Source of the DNA: Promethearchaeota archaeon
Lineage (GTDB): Archaea; Asgardarchaeota; Lokiarchaeia; Sigyniarchaeales; SOKP01
Length of the DNA: 64,000 bases
NCBI GenBank assembly: GCA_048940765.1
Contig: JBHLOG010000001.1
Coordinates: forward strand, 6,806 to 70,805
Reading direction: 5' to 3'
The position numbers were made by a program, and so were the translations under genes. Shown piece after piece: positions 59,213 to 64,000 of the stretch; position 1 is the stretch's first letter, and each line of letters starts with the position of its first letter. Under the pieces are notes generated by a model. That model was given only the letters and a program-made list of their open reading frames with translations, ran no database searches and was not told the DNA's origin.

Positions 59213-60571
59213 ATGAGTCTTATTGCTGATGAAATAGTACGTTTTAGTTCTGTACTTAGAATATCATATAATCTTTTAACAGGACGGGATTATTTAAAGC
59301 GAAAGAAATTTAGAGAAAAAAAGAAATTAATTTCAGTTGCATTACCTTTTTCTGATTTAATATATGGATTCCCTGATTTAGTTCCTGTATTTCCAATTAG
59401 AATGCATGAGTTTGAAATGCATAGATATTTAACCTATTTAGGTAGTGCATCAAATATTTTTGGCTGGAAAAATGTGTCAAAATTTTTAGGATTTATTAAA
59501 AATCTTGGTATTGGAGATATAAATAAAATTATAGATGAAATTATTGAAAATGTAATAGATACAGTAAATAATAAGTATAATGAGATGTACGAACTTGGAA
59601 TAGAAAGTGGTGTTCCAACTGATTTTTGTTATGGAATAAAATCTCTCTATGGAATGCATGTAAGTAAAGGAAAGAACGTAGAAGCTACATTAAATTATAC
59701 TATTCGATGCAGTGCTTGGAATAAATACCTAGAATCGTTAAAGACTGTTGCGCATCCAGCTAAACAGATTTGGATTGATGTTCCTCCAAGAAACATCGGG
59801 AATGCCATAGAATTACTAACAGAGAATCTTTATGATGCCGTGAGAGAATTAGAAAAAGTAAGTGGAAATACTTATGATAGAATTAGTCTACGAAATCATT
59901 TTCAAGTTGCTAACGATATAAGAAATTATTATAAAATTATTCTTTATGATATAAGCACATCTGGATTTTATCCTTGTAATCCTGCTACATTTAGTGAAAT
60001 ATTAGTAATACTAAATAATAGTTTTCAAGATTATAATTCTAATGCCATTCGATATCGAGATAACATGGCTTCTTTAGTAAAAGAAATGAAGGAAAGAATC
60101 ATAAATAAAATTGGTATGGATGTAAGTAATATGCCTCGGATTTTAATTACTCCTATGTTTGGTGGATGGGAACCAAAAAGCCATGAAATAATTTATGAAT
60201 TAGGAGGGCGAGCTTTATATGCTGATTGGGATATCTTATTACTTTTAGAAGATATTCCAATTACTAAAATATCTGATCCTGTTGAAGCCTATGCTCAATA
60301 TCTAATGAAGGCAACTACAAATGGTATTGGATGTGATAATGATACTTTGTCAGATTCATATTTGAGAGTAGCAAAAAAACTAAATGTTGATGGTCTTGTG
60401 TTTTTTCAACTTTTTGGTTGTCATTCAATATCTAATTGTTTTTCACTCTTAAAAGAGAAAATTCGGCGAGAACTTGAAATTCCTAGCATATCTCTTACAT
60501 TTAATAAAATAGGAGAAAATTTAGAGCAAGTACGCACAAGACTTGGTGCATTTATGGAAATGATGTCTTAA
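59213..60571 (+). CDS. 2-hydroxyacyl-CoA dehydratase subunit family (HgdA/BcrB-like)
   Basis: Starts 4 nt after the preceding gene. Conserved Cys contexts (FCYGIKS, LFGCHSIS). Confidence 0.6.
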   Translation: MSLIADEIVRFSSVLRISYNLLTGRDYLKRKKFREKKKLISVALPFSDLIYGFPDLVPVFPIRMHEFEMHRYLTYLGSASNIFGWKNVSKFLGFIKNLGIGDINKIIDEIIENVIDTVNNKYNEMYELGIESGVPTDFCYGIKSLYGMHVSKGKNVEATLNYTIRCSAWNKYLESLKTVAHPAKQIWIDVPPRNIGNAIELLTENLYDAVRELEKVSGNTYDRISLRNHFQVANDIRNYYKIILYDISTSGFYPCNPATFSEILVILNNSFQDYNSNAIRYRDNMASLVKEMKERIINKIGMDVSNMPRILITPMFGGWEPKSHEIIYELGGRALYADWDILLLLEDIPITKISDPVEAYAQYLMKATTNGIGCDNDTLSDSYLRVAKKLNVDGLVFFQLFGCHSISNCFSLLKEKIRRELEIPSISLTFNKIGENLEQVRTRLGAFMEMMS

Positions 60572-60643
60572 TTAATAATTTATTAAAATGATATCTCGTT
60601 AATATAACAAAAATTTATGTTTAGATTTTAAGGTTCGATATTC

Positions 60644-62107
60644 ATGTTATTCCATGACAAAAAAGAAGAAGTTGATTATGATCCTTATAAGGAATTCCAA
60701 GTGCTTTGTGGAATAGAAGAGGAATTTCTTATTATTAATAAGAAGGGAACTTTAGCAAAAGTTGCAGATGATATAATGGTAAAGTCTGCAGAGATACTTG
60801 AAAGAGATCAAAATTTTCTGAGTTCACTTCAAGTAAGAATTCGAGGGTTAGATGCTGAACCTTCACCATCACAAATTGAATATGTTACATTGCCATTACC
60901 TCCTGCTTCTTTAGAACAAGCTATTAAAGAAGGAAGAAAATTATTAATAGAAGCAGCAAATCAAATTGGAGTTAAAATACTTGCCCAAAGTCTTCATCCT
61001 GTGCAAAGTGATCCCAATCCTATATGTGGAACTCATATTAATGTATCAGTTCAGAAAAAAGGTAGTCTAATGACTCCTGAAGAAATAAAAGTAGTTAATA
61101 ATTACTTATGGGACTACCTTCCAGAAATAATTGGGATCTCAGCAAATTCATATTTATATCGGGGGAATGCAAACAATATTGCTAGCAACCGTTGCGCTAA
61201 TAGTACTGTTCTTAAACGAAATGGATTTGCAGTAATACAAATTCCTGAGAATCGTCCAGCTTTGATTCCAATGAGGTATTATGGTCGAATGAGATACAAA
61301 CTTAAAATAGGTTTTGAAGAAGATGAGTTTTCTAAAAAAGTCATTGCTAATGATCGTGGAGACCGCCTTGTAGATATAACTCCAAGGGGTCCATTTACAA
61401 ATATCAGTGATGATAATGATGAATTACCCTCAAGAAATCGAATTGAAGTTCGGATAGTCGATGTGCAATATAATACTGAAGATTTACTGGATATTGCATA
61501 TCTATGTTGTGTTTCTGCCCTTCATGCTATAAAACTTAACTCAAATGGAGAAATTAGTCAAGATCCATATCATTCAATAAATGTTGAAAATGCTATAGCA
61601 AATGGAACCAAAGCGGTTTTTAAGAGACCAAATGGAGGAATTGAGTCATTAGAAACCAGTATTTCAAGGTGGATTGAAGAAACTAAGAATTATCAAGATT
61701 ATTTAGGGATTAAAATAAAAAATTTACCTTATAAAAAACTTCAAATTGATCAATCTCAAAAAGAGCTTAATATTGAATATCAAACTCGAAAAATTGAGAA
61801 ATTAAGACAACAAGGAAGATCTTATGTTGTAATGGAATTAGTAGATCCGCGAATTGTAACTGATCGGCAAGGAAATCGTTATAAAATTAAAGCTGGAACA
61901 CAAGTTCAAGGCACTTTAGAAGCAAAATATAATTTTTCTTTTGATGATATTAATGGAATGGTTACTAATTTCAATGGGATCCGAGTTATAAATAATCTTG
62001 TTGTGCAGAATTTAAGAATACCATTAAAGGAAAATGATCGTGTATTAAGAGGACGATCTGAATCAGAGTCTCTAATTGATAGATTATTTGGAGACTTTTT
62101 CTTTTAA
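60644..62107 (+). CDS. glutamate-cysteine-ligase family 2 (YbdK-like carboxylate-amine ligase) with a C-terminal extension
   Basis: CGIEEEFLIINKKG and GTHINVS motifs, plus an extra ~130-aa C-terminal region. Confidence 0.55.
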   Translation: MLFHDKKEEVDYDPYKEFQVLCGIEEEFLIINKKGTLAKVADDIMVKSAEILERDQNFLSSLQVRIRGLDAEPSPSQIEYVTLPLPPASLEQAIKEGRKLLIEAANQIGVKILAQSLHPVQSDPNPICGTHINVSVQKKGSLMTPEEIKVVNNYLWDYLPEIIGISANSYLYRGNANNIASNRCANSTVLKRNGFAVIQIPENRPALIPMRYYGRMRYKLKIGFEEDEFSKKVIANDRGDRLVDITPRGPFTNISDDNDELPSRNRIEVRIVDVQYNTEDLLDIAYLCCVSALHAIKLNSNGEISQDPYHSINVENAIANGTKAVFKRPNGGIESLETSISRWIEETKNYQDYLGIKIKNLPYKKLQIDQSQKELNIEYQTRKIEKLRQQGRSYVVMELVDPRIVTDRQGNRYKIKAGTQVQGTLEAKYNFSFDDINGMVTNFNGIRVINNLVVQNLRIPLKENDRVLRGRSESESLIDRLFGDFFF

Positions 62108-62133
62108 CTAAAATAAATAAAAGCATTAAAAAG

Positions 62134-62499
62134 ATGGAAAAATCCAATAAAAAGAATAATTTGAGTCAAAATCTCTTCGTATATGGTACATTACAACATG
62201 GACAGAGTCGAAATTATATCCTTAAAGGAATAAAATATGAAAAAGCAACTCTGTTGAATTATAGAAAGGTAGAACCTATTTCCTTAGGATTCCCATTCAT
62301 TATTAAGGATAATAACTCTAACGTTAAAGGAGAGATATATTATGACGTTGGACAATTTGTTATTAATCAAATAGACATGATTGAAGGAGAAGGGAAATTA
62401 TATCATAGAATTTTAGTGAAAGTGAAGTTAGACGACGGAAGAGAAACAGAAGCCTATACATATTACCCCTCTGAGGTGCTAATTAAAAATTACACATAA
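62134..62499 (+). CDS. gamma-glutamylcyclotransferase (AIG2/GGACT-like)
   Basis: LFVYGTLQHGQSRNYIL signature and a catalytic Glu region (IEGEG). Confidence 0.8.
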   Translation: MEKSNKKNNLSQNLFVYGTLQHGQSRNYILKGIKYEKATLLNYRKVEPISLGFPFIIKDNNSNVKGEIYYDVGQFVINQIDMIEGEGKLYHRILVKVKLDDGRETEAYTYYPSEVLIKNYT

Positions 62500-62519
62500 A
62501 TTAGAGAAGGAGATAATGA

Positions 62520-63266
62520 ATGGTTGAAGAAGATTCGTTTAAAAATGAAAAGGTAAGCCAAATACTTCTCATCGATAATTATTCTCGAGGTTTTCCTACA
62601 GATAGAATAACACGAATAGAAACAATTATAAATGATTGCATAGCCCCAGTAGAGTTAAAAACAATTCATTTTACCCATTTTGAAAAAGAAATGGTAGAAG
62701 ATTATATTGGGATTATTCTCTCTGGATCGGAATTAAATGTCTCTAGTTTTTACTATGATGAGAAATTGAAAAAAAAATTTAAAGCTCAATTAGAAGCAAT
62801 CCAAGAAACTGATCAAATACCAATCCTTGCATTATGTTTTGGTTTTCACTTAGTTGCTTATACTTTCGGAGCACAAATAAGCAGGATGGGATTGTTTGGA
62901 TTAGGAGGGAGGATTATTTTTATTTTACTTAAAGAAACAGATGAACTAATAACTCAAAAAAATATTCCCGTTAATGTTCATCACCTTGATTTTGTATCTC
63001 CAAATGATTGTAAAATTCAAAAAAATTTTAATATTATCAGCATATCCAGAACTTTAGGATATAGAATGGTTCAATATATGAAACATTGTAATAAACCAAT
63101 TTTTGCCCTTCAATTTCATCCAGAAACTCATAATCCTTATTATTTTCATTCAAGCTTAGTTGATGAGAGGATCGAAGAAAAAACAAGAACTATAGGAGAA
63201 AAAATTATAAAAAATTTCATATGGATGTGTTCTTACAAAAAAACTATTAATCTTAAGAATAAATAA
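62520..63266 (+). CDS. class I glutamine amidotransferase-like / C26 gamma-glutamyl hydrolase-like protein
   Basis: Nucleophile elbow ILALCFGFHL and LQFHPE His-Glu motif. GGAGA about 8 nt upstream of the ATG. Confidence 0.7.
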   Translation: MVEEDSFKNEKVSQILLIDNYSRGFPTDRITRIETIINDCIAPVELKTIHFTHFEKEMVEDYIGIILSGSELNVSSFYYDEKLKKKFKAQLEAIQETDQIPILALCFGFHLVAYTFGAQISRMGLFGLGGRIIFILLKETDELITQKNIPVNVHHLDFVSPNDCKIQKNFNIISISRTLGYRMVQYMKHCNKPIFALQFHPETHNPYYFHSSLVDERIEEKTRTIGEKIIKNFIWMCSYKKTINLKNK

Positions 63267-63562
63267 TAAATTTTCCAAGTATAAATGATTAGAGGATCAA
63301 AAAATTTGATTAAATCCTAAATTAAAAGATTTTTACTTCTTTTCAAAAAAATTTAATATGATTATTTTTAGGATTGAAAAGTAGGATTCTCCAATCTTAT
63401 AAAATTTTATCCATAGCTTTAAAAATAAAATTATCTGATCAGATTTAAAATTAAAATTGAAGTTAGAGAAAACATATATATGAACTTTAATATCAATATT
63501 CGAATATTCAATTTATTTCATTATAGTAAATACTCAATTGGTTAATTATTAAAAAATTTAAG

Positions 63563-64000
63563 GTGAATTTCAACTTGGAAAAAATTTTTAATCTTAGTTT
63601 AAAAGCAAAAGAGAATATAATTATTGCCAAAAAAGAAAAATTAGTTGCTTTAGAATTAAAAAAATTAGCTAAAAATCTCTTAAGAAAAGTAAAAATGAGA
63701 GAGAAATTCGTTGAAAAAGAGATAAAATTGGCGGAAATAAGAAAGAATTTAGTTGACAATAATGAGAAATTATTAGAAAGTAAGATTAAATCTAAGGAAA
63801 TACTAAAATTTCCAGAGGAAGTAATAAAAAATGAAACGGACTTTATCAATTATCATGAGAAAGTTGCTAAAAATCAAGTTGAGTTAGCAAAAAATCATAA
63901 AGAAATAGCAAAGTTTGAAGAAAAATTAGCTAAAAGCAAAATAGAATTAGCAAATTCTAAAGTACATGCTGCGAACATTCGAATCAGATTAGGAAAACTC
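63563..64000 (+). CDS. K/E-rich coiled-coil protein, 3'-partial (runs off the window)
   Basis: GTG 63563 preceded by AAGG. 146 stop-free codons to the window end with repeated LAK/ELAK heptads. Track ORF 63508-63849(-) is its low-complexity antisense shadow. Confidence 0.5.
   Translation, partial: MNFNLEKIFNLSLKAKENIIIAKKEKLVALELKKLAKNLLRKVKMREKFVEKEIKLAEIRKNLVDNNEKLLESKIKSKEILKFPEEVIKNETDFINYHEKVAKNQVELAKNHKEIAKFEEKLAKSKIELANSKVHAANIRIRLGKL

Noticed and set aside
63508-63849. Minus-strand 113-aa ORF (F/L/S/N-rich).
   Set aside because: It is the antisense shadow of a plus-strand K/E-rich coiled-coil ORF (GTG 63563 to the window end, 146 stop-free codons), which is the more protein-like reading.
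1-64000. Scan for tRNA, rRNA, CRISPR arrays, IS elements and integrases.
   Set aside because: I noticed no GC-rich 70-90-nt cloverleaf-like islands, no regularly spaced direct repeats, and no transposase or integrase-like translations. Absence is based on visual inspection only, so tRNAscan/Infernal/CRISPR finders should confirm it.

Overview
AT-rich (about 30% GC by eye) archaeal chromosomal segment with roughly 60 protein genes. I found no rRNA, tRNA or CRISPR array. Archaeal markers are RadA, the tRNA-splicing endonuclease EndA, an A/V-type ATPase operon and the archaeal-type CO dehydrogenase CdhA. Three Arf-like small GTPases fused to Roadblock- or longin-like domains, plus a V4R (Bet3/TRAPP-ancestor) protein, suggest an Asgard (Lokiarchaeia-like) genome; this is inference, as no search was run.

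Layout:
- 0-7.5 kb: GTPase-Roadblock gene, solo cdhA, and a minus-strand cluster of a Zn-ribbon protein, a longin-like GTPase and a V4R protein.
- 7.7-10.7 kb: dehydrogenase, tandem M23 peptidase, RHH regulator.
- 10.8-13.5 kb: decayed gene remnants flanking a TPR gene.
- 13.7-18.5 kb: nucleotide-sugar genes and an anchored Ntn hydrolase.
- 18.6-20.2 kb: disrupted GTPase-Roadblock paralog and a MESH1/SpoT-like HD hydrolase.
- 20.3-26.6 kb: MFS, GH4, isomerase, Gfo/Idh/MocA and esterase sugar cluster.
- 26.7-28.3 kb: stand-alone trpB2 preceded by a Trp-rich mini-ORF.
- 29.3-32.7 kb: interrupted GH57 gene and a PGM/PMM-like gene lacking the catalytic Ser.
- 33.6-43.1 kb: orphan SBP, radA, three OsmC paralogs, PfkB kinase, coiled-coil protein, MEMO1-like protein, endA.
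- 43.2-54.5 kb: ATPase operon with a second A-subunit paralog.
- 54.8-57.1 kb: DUF47 protein and two VIT genes, one split at an A9 tract.
- 57.2-63.3 kb: 2-hydroxyacyl-CoA dehydratase genes and a gamma-glutamyl module.

Most interesting observations:
1. A 16-codon ORF with 4 Trp codons, mutually exclusive hairpins and a U7 tract upstream of trpB2.
2. Eukaryote-like GTPase, Roadblock, longin and V4R modules.
3. A 33-nt hairpin insertion carrying a stop codon inside the conserved N-terminal motif of GH57.
4. A duplicated atpA paralog with GER changed to GEP, next to a membrane Zn-ribbon protein.
5. Conserved N-termini of AtpC, AtpE and AtpD that lie upstream of any ATG, GTG or TTG.
6. Several genes broken by in-frame stops or frameshifts.

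All functional calls come from motif recognition in the supplied translations. No database search or folding program was run.
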